Shown one piece after another: positions 44,886 to 54,281 of a stretch of DNA of 64,000 bases (position 1 is the stretch's first letter; each line of letters begins with the position of its first letter). The notes beneath the pieces are model-generated. The model was not told the DNA's origin, made no database searches, and was given only the letters and a program-made list of their open reading frames with translations. A program made the position numbers and the translations under genes. The DNA comes from an uncultured Acidobacteriota bacterium (lineage in GTDB: Bacteria > Acidobacteriota > Polarisedimenticolia > J045), in assembly GCA_963702425.1 (NCBI GenBank), contig CAVPCQ010000017.1, positions 194,325-258,324 of the forward strand. The letters are read 5' to 3'.

Positions 44886-46239
44886 GGCTTCTCCTGGCGT
44901 AGAAATGGATCAGGTCGATGCGGGACAGGACCGCCTTGGGCACCCCCCGCTCCATCACGACCGCCGCCCCCGGCTCGCCGAGCAGCATCCGGTAGAGCTC
45001 GGTCACGTCGGACTCGGCGTCGATCTGCGGCAGCGGCGCCCCCATCACGGGGCTCGCCGGCTGCTGGCCGGGATCGACCCCGTCGTGGATCAGCTTCATC
45101 AGCGCCATCTCCTCCAGCGTGCCGACGACGCGGTTCCCCTCCACGACCGGGACCTGCGAGATGTTGTAGCGGTTCATCGCGTCGAGCGCCTCGGCGATCG
45201 CGCCGTTCGGGCGCACCGCGACGATCGGCGGGATGCCGGCCTTCTCCGTCAGCACGTGCGCGACCGTGACGCGCCCCCCTTCCGGCTGCTCCCACAGGCC
45301 GTTCTCCTGCATCCAGCGGTCGGAGAAGACCTTCGAGATGTAGTTGCGGCCGGTGTCGCAGAGAAAGACGACGATCAGCTTGGGCTCGCTCAGGCGCTGG
45401 GCGTAGCGCAGCGCGGCGGCGACGGCGGTGCCGGCCGAGCCGCCGACCAGGATCCCTTCCTCGCGCGCCAGCCGCCGCGCGACGTTGAACGACTCCTTGT
45501 CGCCGATCCGGACGATCTCGTCGATCAGGTCGCGGCGGAAGATCTTCGGGATGTAGTCGACGCCGATCCCCTCGACCTTGTACGGCCGCGAGATGTCGCC
45601 CGAGAGCACGGACCCCTCGGGATCGGCCCCGACGATCACGACGCCGGGGTTCTGCTCCTTCAGGTAACGCGCGGTGCCGGAGATCGAGCCGGTCGTCCCC
45701 ATCCCGGCGACGAAAGCGTCGATCGTGCCGTCGGTGTCGCGCCAGATCTCGGGGCCGGTCGTGCGGTAGTGCGCTTCCGGGTTGTCCGGGTTGGAGAACT
45801 GGTCGCAGAACCACGCGCCCGGAATCTCGCGCGCGATCCGCGCGGCAACGTTGTGGTAGTTCTCGGGGTCGTCCTTGGGTACGGTCTTCGTGACGACGAC
45901 CTCGGCGCCGTAGGCCTTGAGCAGGGCGATCTTCTCCTCGCTCATCTTGTCAGGGAGGACGAAAATGCAGCGGTACCCCTTGACCACGGCGGCCTGTGCC
46001 AGGCCCACGCCGGTGTTGCCGGCAGTGGCTTCGACGATCGTCCCGCCCGGCTCGAGGCGGCCGTCCTTCTCGGCCGCTTCGATCATCGAGACGCCGATCC
46101 GGTCCTTGAAGCTGCCGCCGGGGTTGACCGACTCCAGCTTGCCGTAGAGCACGGCCTTGGTGCCGGAGGCGATGCGGTTGAGGCGCACCAGGGGGGTGTT
46201 GCCGATCGCGTCGAGGACGGTATCGAGGTAGCGGGCCAT
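44842..46239 (-). CDS. cbs: Cystathionine beta-synthase with C-terminal CBS domains
   Basis: NPGGSFKDR, TAGNTG, GMGTTG, YKVEGIG and a C-terminal CBS pair. Confidence 0.9.
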   Translation of the reverse strand: MARYLDTVLDAIGNTPLVRLNRIASGTKAVLYGKLESVNPGGSFKDRIGVSMIEAAEKDGRLEPGGTIVEATAGNTGVGLAQAAVVKGYRCIFVLPDKMSEEKIALLKAYGAEVVVTKTVPKDDPENYHNVAARIAREIPGAWFCDQFSNPDNPEAHYRTTGPEIWRDTDGTIDAFVAGMGTTGSISGTARYLKEQNPGVVIVGADPEGSVLSGDISRPYKVEGIGVDYIPKIFRRDLIDEIVRIGDKESFNVARRLAREEGILVGGSAGTAVAAALRYAQRLSEPKLIVVFLCDTGRNYISKVFSDRWMQENGLWEQPEGGRVTVAHVLTEKAGIPPIVAVRPNGAIAEALDAMNRYNISQVPVVEGNRVVGTLEEMALMKLIHDGVDPGQQPASPVMGAPLPQIDAESDVTELYRMLLGEPGAAVVMERGVPKAVLSRIDLIHFYARRSHEVRDEGDPRRPGA

Positions 46240-46291
46240 CGGGAGGGTCCTCGCCGGGCCGCGCCGAAGGGGCGCGGGGCGGGGAACGATA

Positions 46292-47008
46292 TCACCCCCG
46301 GATTTCCATGCGCAGTCCCCGCGCGTCGTACGGGGGAGCGGCCGGAAGCCGGATCGCGGCGCCCGCCGCGATCGCCTCGGCCGTCAGCGCGAGCGCGGCG
46401 GCATCGAGGACGTCGTCTCGGGCGACGCCGTGCGCGTTCCAGTCCGCGATCGTCCGGGCGTGAGCGCCCCAGCCGTGCGCCGCGAGTGCCTCCAGCCGTT
46501 CCTCCCGCCCGGCGGACCGGCGCTTGCGGTGCCGCATCGGCTCCCCCGCCAGCCGCGCGAACGCCACCTCCGGGTGTCCCTCGTGCATCCACTGCTGGCG
46601 GTCCGGCGTCGCGAAACGGTCGATTTCGGCGATCTTCGGCGCGATGCACCACGCCTGGATCGAGAATCCCACCGCGTCCGCGGAGCTCGCGCGCTGGATC
46701 GCCAGCGCGTGCCGATAGCTCGGCGCCGCGAGCGCCGCGCGCACCGGCGGGGAGAAGACGCTCCGCGCGCGAACGGGCCCAAGCAGCTCCCGTGCGGCCG
46801 CGTCGCACGCCCGGCCGCCGCGCTGCGCCGCGTCGAGCAGACCGATCGGCATGTCGACGGCCACGGCAGTGCAGCCGGACAGGCCGGCCGCGAGCGCGGC
46901 GAACGTGTTCTCGACCAGGATCTCCGGGGCCGAGCCGGGAATGCGGACGACCGCCACCCACCCGGCGCGGCAGCCGTCGACGCCGGCGAACCGCTGGACC
47001 CCGCTCAC
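46292..47008 (-). CDS. DUF429 (RNase H-like fold) protein
   Basis: GVDGCRAGW, VDMPIGL, EGHPEVAF and DDVLDA. Confidence 0.85.
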   Translation of the reverse strand: MSGVQRFAGVDGCRAGWVAVVRIPGSAPEILVENTFAALAAGLSGCTAVAVDMPIGLLDAAQRGGRACDAAARELLGPVRARSVFSPPVRAALAAPSYRHALAIQRASSADAVGFSIQAWCIAPKIAEIDRFATPDRQQWMHEGHPEVAFARLAGEPMRHRKRRSAGREERLEALAAHGWGAHARTIADWNAHGVARDDVLDAAALALTAEAIAAGAAIRLPAAPPYDARGLRMEIRG

Positions 47009-47448
47009 GCCGCCGCCCGGGCCAGCAGCCAGAGTACGAGCACTCCGCGCGTGCTCCACGCCACCGTGCGCAGCCAGTTGCTCATCACGAGCGCGTGGTG
47101 AGCCGCCGCGTCGTACCCGCGCTCGAGTCGACCGTGCCGCGGTACCTGCAGCAGCGCGGTGGAGAGCCAGATCACCGCGACGAGCGCGAGGCCGGCCCAC
47201 GCCGCCGCCCGCGACACACCAGCCGGCGGCGCGACGGCGAGCGCGATCGCCGTCAGCGCCTCGATCAGCATCGGCAGGACGACGACCCACGCCGTGCGGC
47301 GCGCGTTCTCGCGCTGGTAGGCCGCGAAGCCGGCCTCTGAAGTCCGGCCGGGGCCGCCGAGCAGTGGGTAGTGAACGAGCTGCACGAACCAGATCACTCC
47401 GACCATCGTCCACGTCGCCGCGGCGTGGACGGCCAGGAGCGACGTCAC
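47005..47448 (-). CDS. Small membrane protein (GxIWxVQxVHYP family)
   Basis: GVIWFVQLVHYP, QVPRH and NWLRTVAW. Confidence 0.75.
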   Translation of the reverse strand: MTSLLAVHAAATWTMVGVIWFVQLVHYPLLGGPGRTSEAGFAAYQRENARRTAWVVVLPMLIEALTAIALAVAPPAGVSRAAAWAGLALVAVIWLSTALLQVPRHGRLERGYDAAAHHALVMSNWLRTVAWSTRGVLVLWLLARAAA

Positions 47449-48716
47449 GCGATCGTTCCGCGGCGCTCGCTCTCCGCGATCAGCGCCTCCGCCGCGAGCC
47501 GCCCCGAGACCAGCGCGCCGTTGATCGACGGGTTTTCGCGGTGGTCGCCTGCGACGTAGAGCCCGTCGCGCAGGCGCGCGGCCCGCGACGGCGGATCGAG
47601 TTCAGCCGGCGTCGCCGACGGGAGCGCGTACGGGATCCGGTAGGTCCGCAGATGCTGCCAGCCGCGCACGGCCGCACCGAACCACCCGGTGAGCTGGTCG
47701 AGCACGGCGGCCAGCAGCGCCGCATCGCCCAGCGCCGGCACACCGAGCACCGTGACGGAGACCAACGACGCCCCCGGCGGCGCGTAGCCCGGCTGGACCT
47801 GGCTCGGCACGCAGAGATTGTTGACCGGGCCGTCGCCGTCGCCGGCGAGCACCAGGATCGGCTCCGCGACGGGCGCGTGGCTCGCGGCGAAGTAGAGGCA
47901 GGTCACGCCACGCGCCGGGGCCGGCGCCGGGCCGAGATCGCCGCCGGCCAGCCGCGCCGCCTCCGGCCCTTCGGTCGCAACCACGACCGCACGCGCCGGC
48001 AGCCGCTTGCCGCCGGCGAGCGTCACCCCTTCGCGATCGACGCCGACGACGACGGTCTCGCTCCGTACCGCCCCGACCGGCAGGCGCAACGCGAGCTGAT
48101 CGGGGATCGCCTGCATCCCGCTCACCGGCAGTGCGGCGTCGCCGGCCGAGAACATCCGGAAGACGAACTCGAGCATCCGGCTCGAGGTTGAAAGCTCGCG
48201 CTCGAGGAACACGCCGCCGAGGAACGGCCGGAAGAAGGCGTCGATCATCGCGCCGGAGAAGCCGTCGCGGCGCAGCGCTTCCAGCGTGGTCGTCTGCGGC
48301 GCGCGGAGCCGCTCCTCGACCGTGCCACCGCGCGCGCGACGGCGCAGCGCGCGCACCCTGAGCTTGTCGCCGAGGGTCCCGACCGGCGAGGCCAGGCCGG
48401 CGATCGCATCGAGCGGCCGGCGCCACGGATCGGCCACCTTGTGGAACCTCCCGCGCCGGCGGACCAGCGCACCGGGGTAGAACGCCTTCAGCCCGAGCGC
48501 CTCGTGGTCCAGGACCCGCTGCCCCTCGGGATAGGCGGACAGGTAGACCTGGAAGCCGCGGTCGAGCGCGAACCCCTCGACCCGGTCGGTGCGCACGCGG
48601 CCCCCGACCCGATCCGCGCCCTCCAGCACCATCGCGGCAATCCCGTTCTGCTGCAGCCGCAGCGCGCAGGCCAGTCCCGCCAGCCCGCCGCCGATCACGA
48701 TCACGTCGTGCACCAT
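47445..48716 (-). CDS. Flavin amine oxidase / phytoene desaturase-like oxidoreductase
   Basis: GGGLAG, VGGRVRTD, LDRGFQV and SINGALVSGR. Confidence 0.88.
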   Translation of the reverse strand: MVHDVIVIGGGLAGLACALRLQQNGIAAMVLEGADRVGGRVRTDRVEGFALDRGFQVYLSAYPEGQRVLDHEALGLKAFYPGALVRRRGRFHKVADPWRRPLDAIAGLASPVGTLGDKLRVRALRRRARGGTVEERLRAPQTTTLEALRRDGFSGAMIDAFFRPFLGGVFLERELSTSSRMLEFVFRMFSAGDAALPVSGMQAIPDQLALRLPVGAVRSETVVVGVDREGVTLAGGKRLPARAVVVATEGPEAARLAGGDLGPAPAPARGVTCLYFAASHAPVAEPILVLAGDGDGPVNNLCVPSQVQPGYAPPGASLVSVTVLGVPALGDAALLAAVLDQLTGWFGAAVRGWQHLRTYRIPYALPSATPAELDPPSRAARLRDGLYVAGDHRENPSINGALVSGRLAAEALIAESERRGTIA

Positions 48717-48769
48717 GCGTTGCGCGTCCTTCCCGCGCCGGCCTCGCAGCCGGACGTCCCGCCGGTTCT

Positions 48770-50197
48770 CTATGTGACTCCGGCGCTGGTGCTCACCTCC
48801 GCCGCCTCCCGCCCCAGCTCGTAGCGCAGCGCATCCTCGAGCCGCGCGTGCAGGAACGGGAAGCCCGCGTCGAGCAGCCGCCGCGGCTCGACCCGGGCGC
48901 CGTCGAGCAGCAGCTCCTGCCCCATCTCGCCGAACAGCGCGCGCACCGCAAACGCCGGCAGCGGCAGCACTGCCGGCCGGCGCAGCACGCGGCCGAGCGT
49001 CGCCGCCAGCTCGGCCTGTCGCACCGCCTGCGGCGAGACCGCGTTGATCGGGCCGCTCCACGACTCCTCGAACAGCGCGGCGTGCGCGATCCCGACCAGG
49101 TCGTCGAGCGCGATCCAGCTGACCCACTGCCGCCCGCCGCCGATCGGCCCGCCCAGCCCGGTGCGGAACGCCGGCAGCATCTTCGCCAACGCCCCGCCCT
49201 GCGCGGCGATCACGACGCCGAGCCGCAGCGCGACGATGCGGATCCCCGCCGTGCGTGCCGGCTCGAGCGCCGCTTCCCACGCTTGCGTCAGGTCGGCGAG
49301 GAAACCGGTCCCGGGGGGCGCCTGCTCGTCGCACGCGCGGTCGTCGTCGCTCGCGCCGTACCAGCCGATCGCCGAGGCCGCGACGAGCACCCCCGGAGGC
49401 CGCGCCATCCGCGCCAGCGCTTCGCAGAGCAGGCGGGTGGAGGCGACGCGGCTGTCGCGGATCGCCGCCTTCCGCGGCGCCGTCCAGCGCGCGGCGCCGA
49501 TGTTCTCGCCCGCCAGGTGAACGATCGCGTCGCAGCCCTCGAGAGCCGTCGGGTCGAGCGCCCCGCGCGCCGGGTACCACGCGATCTCGCCGGAACCGGG
49601 CCGCGCGGCGCGGCGGACCAGCCGCTTCACGGTGTGCCCGCCGGTAGTCAGGAGCGGCGCCAGCGCGCCGCCCACCAAGCCGCTCGCTCCGCTCATCGCC
49701 ACCACCAGCCGCGGCCGGTCGACGTACGCGGCGTGGCGCGTGAGGTCGTCGCGCGTGCGACGGTGGCGGAAGCGGAACAGCCGCGCCAGCTCGCGCTCCG
49801 CCAGCGCACCGCCGAGCGCTGCGCCCGCCGCACCAAAGGGCAGCCGGTACGCAATCTCGTCCACGAGGCGGCTCGTGCCTTCCCCGTCCGCGACGAAGCG
49901 GTGCGTGTGGACCCACGACGCGAACGGGCCGCGGAGTTGCTCGTCGGTGAAGCACTCGCCGGGGACCGCGTCGCGAAGCACGGCGACCCAGCGGCGGGTG
50001 AGGGGACCAAAGCGTGCGTCGAAGACGACGCGACCGCCGGCGTCGATCCCGCCGCTCTGCTCGACGATGCGCAGCGCCTGCCAGGGCGGGGCGAGCCGCT
50101 CGAACGCCCCGGGGCGCGCGTGCCAGTCGTACACGGCGGGGGCCGGCGCTCGGAGCAAGCTCTCCCGGGTGAAGCGCTGCGGTGTCGCTGCGGGCAT
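48770..50197 (-). CDS. SRPBCC domain fused to a TIGR01777 (YfcH-like) epimerase-family oxidoreductase
   Basis: WHARPGAFERLAPPW and GPFASWVHTH, then SGASGLVG, HLAGENI, ASAIGWYG and WVSWI. Confidence 0.88.
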   Translation of the reverse strand: MPAATPQRFTRESLLRAPAPAVYDWHARPGAFERLAPPWQALRIVEQSGGIDAGGRVVFDARFGPLTRRWVAVLRDAVPGECFTDEQLRGPFASWVHTHRFVADGEGTSRLVDEIAYRLPFGAAGAALGGALAERELARLFRFRHRRTRDDLTRHAAYVDRPRLVVAMSGASGLVGGALAPLLTTGGHTVKRLVRRAARPGSGEIAWYPARGALDPTALEGCDAIVHLAGENIGAARWTAPRKAAIRDSRVASTRLLCEALARMARPPGVLVAASAIGWYGASDDDRACDEQAPPGTGFLADLTQAWEAALEPARTAGIRIVALRLGVVIAAQGGALAKMLPAFRTGLGGPIGGGRQWVSWIALDDLVGIAHAALFEESWSGPINAVSPQAVRQAELAATLGRVLRRPAVLPLPAFAVRALFGEMGQELLLDGARVEPRRLLDAGFPFLHARLEDALRYELGREAAEVSTSAGVT

Positions 50198-50760
50198 CGT
50201 GGGCCTTCCGGTGAGGGGGCTACTCTCCGCCCTGTCGTGCGGGGAAGCCAGCCGGGGCGCCGCAACGCCCGCCCGCGCGCCGAGGCGCTGACGACTAACC
50301 GCTCGTAATCTCCCGGGGCGCCCCTGCGGCCGGCGCCGGCCGAGGTAAAGGCATGACCTGGATGGACTTACCTGTATTGAATCGGCATTCGACCCCGAGC
50401 GCCCGGACCCGCCCCCACCGGACGCCCCTTGACGGATGGGTCGGTAGGGTGTTGTCTATGCGCGATTCGGCAGCGGGGCGCTTGCGCCTCCGCGCCTCGA
50501 ACGAAAGATGGGAGGGCCCAGGCGGCCGCTCGGAACCGATCCGGTGGTGGCTCCGCCGGCCCGAGTCCGGATCGGGAGGGTCCGGCAGTCGGCTGAAGGC
50601 TCCCAATACGGAATGTTTCGGTGTTGCATGCCCGCACCCGGCGGAGGTTTGATCGGCTGCGGGGAGTAAGGGTGAAGTAAAGGTTCGGTGATAGGATCGC
50701 AGCGCGGGATGTCCGCGCAGAAGCGTCTCCGCAGAGCGGAGAGCTTTCGGAGGATGAAAG

Positions 50761-51366
50761 ATGAGTAGAAAGACCCTGTATCTCGGCCTCGTCGTGCTCG
50801 CCCTGGTGGCCCTCGTGGGCTGCGCCAAGCCGCCGCAGGAGTTGGTGAACTCGGTTCAGAGCGCGATCGACGGCGCCAAGCAGGCGGGCGCCGAGATGTA
50901 CGCGCCGGACGCACTCGCCAAGGTCTCCGACCTGTTCACTCAGGCCCAGGCCGAGATCGAGACCCAGAACGGCAAGTTCGCCCTGTTCCGCAGCTACAAG
51001 AAGGCGGAAGAGGTCCTCAAGCAGGCGGCAACCGCGGCCGACACCGCGAAGCAGGAAGCCATCGCCAACAAGGAGAAGGCCAAGCAGGAAGCGACCGCGA
51101 TGATCGAGTCGGCCAAGATGAAGTGGCAGGCTGCCGTCGACGCGCTCGCGCTGGCCCCGGTCGGCAAGGACACCAAGGCCGAGATCGAGGCCATGAAGTC
51201 CGAGCTCACCGCGCTCGAAGGCGCCGTGAAGGAAGCCGAGAACGCGATGGGGACCGAGGACTACCTGAACGCCAAGGCAAAGGCCGAGAGCGTGGCGATG
51301 AAGGCCGACCAGATCGCGTCGGACATCGCCCAGGCGATGGAGAAGGTCAAGGGGAAGAAGCGCTAG
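50761..51366 (+). CDS. Alpha-helical lipoprotein (DUF4398-like)
   Basis: Lipobox LVGC, AKQAGAEMYAP and coiled-coil composition. Confidence 0.8.
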   Translation: MSRKTLYLGLVVLALVALVGCAKPPQELVNSVQSAIDGAKQAGAEMYAPDALAKVSDLFTQAQAEIETQNGKFALFRSYKKAEEVLKQAATAADTAKQEAIANKEKAKQEATAMIESAKMKWQAAVDALALAPVGKDTKAEIEAMKSELTALEGAVKEAENAMGTEDYLNAKAKAESVAMKADQIASDIAQAMEKVKGKKR

Positions 51367-51432
51367 TTCCTGGCCTTCCCGCATTGCCCGGCCCTCGGGT
51401 CTGGAAGCCGAGCGGCCGAGATCGTACGTTAT

Positions 51433-51467
51433 CGGAGGGGGGCGGACCTTCCCGCCCCCCTCCGTTT
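51433..51467 (+). terminator. Hairpin/terminator between the lipoprotein and L,D-transpeptidase genes
   Basis: CGGAGGGGGGCGG / CCGCCCCCCTCCG followed by TTTA. Confidence 0.55.
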
Positions 51468-51517
51468 ATGCAGACCCCGATTCCATGCCTCCTTTCTCGA
51501 CCTGGTGACCGAAACCG

Positions 51518-52678
51518 ATGGCGGGTGAGTGGATCCCTGACGCCGGGACGGCCTACGCGGCCGGTGCCGGCCTCCGTCGCTCGCAGGGCGGCATCCTGAC
51601 CCGGCGGCGCATCGTGCTGGCGGCCGTCTTGCTGGCCGTCCTGGGCACCGGCGGCTTCGTGGGCTGGTATGCCCTCGATCCCCCGCCCCTTCCCGTCAGA
51701 CAGATCGAGAAGGCCAGGGCTGCCCTCCGCGATGCCCGGACGAGCGCCTCGGTCCTGGCCAAGCCTGAACTCGAGGACGCCCGATTCAAGGCGGCGATCC
51801 TCGAGCGTCTCGTCGCCGAAGAACGGGCGAAGCCGGTGCGTTTCTCCACCAACGAGCGGATCGCCCAGCTGGCGTTCGACGTCGAGCGCTCCTCGCGCGA
51901 GGCGATGGCGAAGGCCGAAGCGATCACCGCGCAAGCGGTGACGGAGTCGGCCTCGCAGCGCGGCCTGCTCGAGGCGCGGCTGGCGGAGATCGAGCCGCAG
52001 GTGGGCGCGCTCAAGGGCGACCGCTCGGTGCAGCGAGCCTACCGCCGCGCCGAGCACTCGGTCGAGGAGCTGGCCCAGGTCGAGCGGATGAAGAACCTGC
52101 CGATGATCGCAACCCGCATCGCGGAGGCGTCGGAGGACGTCGACGCGGCGGAGAAGGCGCTCGGCATGCGGATGGAGCGGTTCTCGGACCCGACCCTGCG
52201 CCGCCGCTGGCAGGCCTGGGTGGACGACACGCTGCGTCAGGGCGGGACGGTCATCCTGGTCGAGAAGAAGCGCCAGAAGCTGATCGTGGTGAAGAACCGC
52301 AAGGTGATCGCGTCGTTCGCCGCCGAGTTCGGTCGCAACGGCTTCTCCGACAAGCTGGTGCAGGGCGACGCGGCGACGCCGGAAGGGCGCTATCACGTCA
52401 CCGCGAAGAAGACGACCAGCCGCTACTACAAGGCCCTGCCGCTGAACTACCCGACCGCAGCCGACGTCGCCGAGTACACGGCCGCGAAGCGGCGCGGGCT
52501 GGTCCGCGGGCGCGGACCGGGCGCCAACATCGAGATCCACGGCGGCGGCGGCAAGGGAACGAACTGGACCGAAGGCTGCGTCGCGGTCCGCGACCGCGAC
52601 CTCGACCGACTGTTCCAACTGATCGACGCCGGAACGCCGGTCACGATCGTCGGCTCCGCGCGGCTCCCGGGGGATTGA
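51518..52678 (+). CDS. Membrane-anchored L,D-transpeptidase/carboxypeptidase (YkuD) with a coiled-coil stalk
   Basis: TM segment, GDAATPEG, LNYP and IHGGG...WTEGC. Confidence 0.88.
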   Translation: MAGEWIPDAGTAYAAGAGLRRSQGGILTRRRIVLAAVLLAVLGTGGFVGWYALDPPPLPVRQIEKARAALRDARTSASVLAKPELEDARFKAAILERLVAEERAKPVRFSTNERIAQLAFDVERSSREAMAKAEAITAQAVTESASQRGLLEARLAEIEPQVGALKGDRSVQRAYRRAEHSVEELAQVERMKNLPMIATRIAEASEDVDAAEKALGMRMERFSDPTLRRRWQAWVDDTLRQGGTVILVEKKRQKLIVVKNRKVIASFAAEFGRNGFSDKLVQGDAATPEGRYHVTAKKTTSRYYKALPLNYPTAADVAEYTAAKRRGLVRGRGPGANIEIHGGGGKGTNWTEGCVAVRDRDLDRLFQLIDAGTPVTIVGSARLPGD

Positions 52679-52761
52679 CCCCCTCCGCCGCGTCTGCCGA
52701 GCTTGTCCGCCCGGCACAGTTGTCGTAGCGTGAGGGGCGGTTCGCCCCCGGAGTTTCCCCC

Positions 52762-53511
52762 GTGTCCCAACCCATCGACAACGCCCCCGGCACACCGGTT
52801 CCGCCGCCGGCGACGTCTGTCGCCGCGCCGCCGCGGCCGGTTCCCCGGCGGCCTGTCAGGAGTGGGAGCGGGCGCGGGCGCACGCTGCTGTGGGCGCTCG
52901 CGGGCTTCCTGGGGGTGCTGGCCGGGGCCGCCGGGATCGCGCTGATCGTCGCCTATCTCGGGGGCTACGCCTACGCGCCCGTCGCTTCGGCGGGCCTGCC
53001 CGCATTGCCGACTGCGCCGCCGGCCAAGGCGCTGTCGAAGCTGGAGAAGCAGTTCGCCGCGCTGCAGCCGAAGGGAAACTACATCGTCGTCGACGTGGTC
53101 GAGCAGAAGGTCTGGCTGCGCCGCGGCGACCAGACCCTGCGCGAAGCGGTCTGCTCGGCCGGCACCGGTGCCATCCTGCGCGATCCGAAATCGGGCAAGG
53201 AGTGGATCTTCGACACACCGCGCGGCGTGCGGAAGGTGAAGGAGAAGAAGAAGGATCCGGTCTGGACCAAGCCCGACTGGGCCTTCGTGGAGGAAGGCGA
53301 GCCGCTTCCCAGGAAGTGGAGCGAGCGGATCGACGAAGCGACGCTGGGCGCCTATGCGCTCTACCTCGGCGACGGCTACATGATCCACGGCACGCTCTAC
53401 CAGCGTTACCTCGGCCGACCCGTCACCCACGGCTGCATCCGGCTGGGTGACGAAGACCTGGAAGCGATCTACGCGGCGTCGCCGGTCGGCACGCCGGTGC
53501 TGCTGTTCTGA
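52762..53511 (+). CDS. L,D-transpeptidase (YkuD)
   Basis: FDTPRG and IHGT...THGCIRL. Confidence 0.9.
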   Translation: MSQPIDNAPGTPVPPPATSVAAPPRPVPRRPVRSGSGRGRTLLWALAGFLGVLAGAAGIALIVAYLGGYAYAPVASAGLPALPTAPPAKALSKLEKQFAALQPKGNYIVVDVVEQKVWLRRGDQTLREAVCSAGTGAILRDPKSGKEWIFDTPRGVRKVKEKKKDPVWTKPDWAFVEEGEPLPRKWSERIDEATLGAYALYLGDGYMIHGTLYQRYLGRPVTHGCIRLGDEDLEAIYAASPVGTPVLLF

Positions 53512-54275
53512 TGCGCCGCGCGGTCCCCGTTGCCGCTGTGCTGGCCGCGCTCGCGCTTCCCGTCCTCGGCGGCGGCGACGCTCCCGGGAACGGCGACATG
53601 CGGGCCGCCTTCCTGCAGCACGAGTTCGAGGCGGCGAAGGGCCAGAAGTTCTACCTCGTGCTCGATCCAGCGGCCCGCGTGCTGGAGCTGCGCGTGATCG
53701 GCGTCACGCTCAAGCGCTTTCCGCTCGAGCAGGCGATGATCGGCGTGTCGCGGCTGCGCGGCGGCGGCACGCCGCAGTGGCCGGCGCTCGGGTTCACGCT
53801 CGCGTCCGAGGTCGACGAGCCGGACCGGCCGGTGATCACGCCGCCAACCGCGGGGCAGGAGCAGGCCTCGGTGCAGGCGGCGAGCGCCGCCGCGCCCGCC
53901 CCCGGCGGGGACGCGAGCGGCGACGGGAGCGCCAACGCCAAACCGGCCTCGCTGGCCGACTCGCTCTCCTCCTTCCGCCAGGCGACCTATGCCGGCATCC
54001 CGCCTGTCTACCGGCTGCACTTCGAGCCCAACCTCGACGTGGTCATCCGCGGCGAACCGCCGGCGCAGGATTTCAGGAGCCGGATGCGGCGCCTGTGGTT
54101 CCAGTTCGAGGAGGGATGGACCGGCTTCCGGCACTGGATGAAGGGGCAGCCGATCTCGACGCGAGTGACCCTCTTCATGACGCCCGACGACGCGCGCCGT
54201 CTCTACCTGGCGCTCGACCCATCGATTCCGCTGCTGGTGGAGCCGGTCGGGCTGGCCGGCTCGAGCGGCGGCTGA
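53511..54275 (+). CDS. Exported hypothetical protein, possibly a non-catalytic YkuD-like fold
   Basis: Signal peptide and YLVLDP..LEL..GVTLKRFP resemble a YkuD N-terminus. No H/C catalytic motif. Confidence 0.6.
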   Translation: MRRAVPVAAVLAALALPVLGGGDAPGNGDMRAAFLQHEFEAAKGQKFYLVLDPAARVLELRVIGVTLKRFPLEQAMIGVSRLRGGGTPQWPALGFTLASEVDEPDRPVITPPTAGQEQASVQAASAAAPAPGGDASGDGSANAKPASLADSLSSFRQATYAGIPPVYRLHFEPNLDVVIRGEPPAQDFRSRMRRLWFQFEEGWTGFRHWMKGQPISTRVTLFMTPDDARRLYLALDPSIPLLVEPVGLAGSSGG

Positions 54276-54281
54276 TCCGGG

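Noticed and set aside
47445-48716. crtI phytoene desaturase / carotenoid cluster
   Set aside because: The protein is shorter than CrtI and lacks its C-terminal signature, and there is no crtB or crtE nearby.
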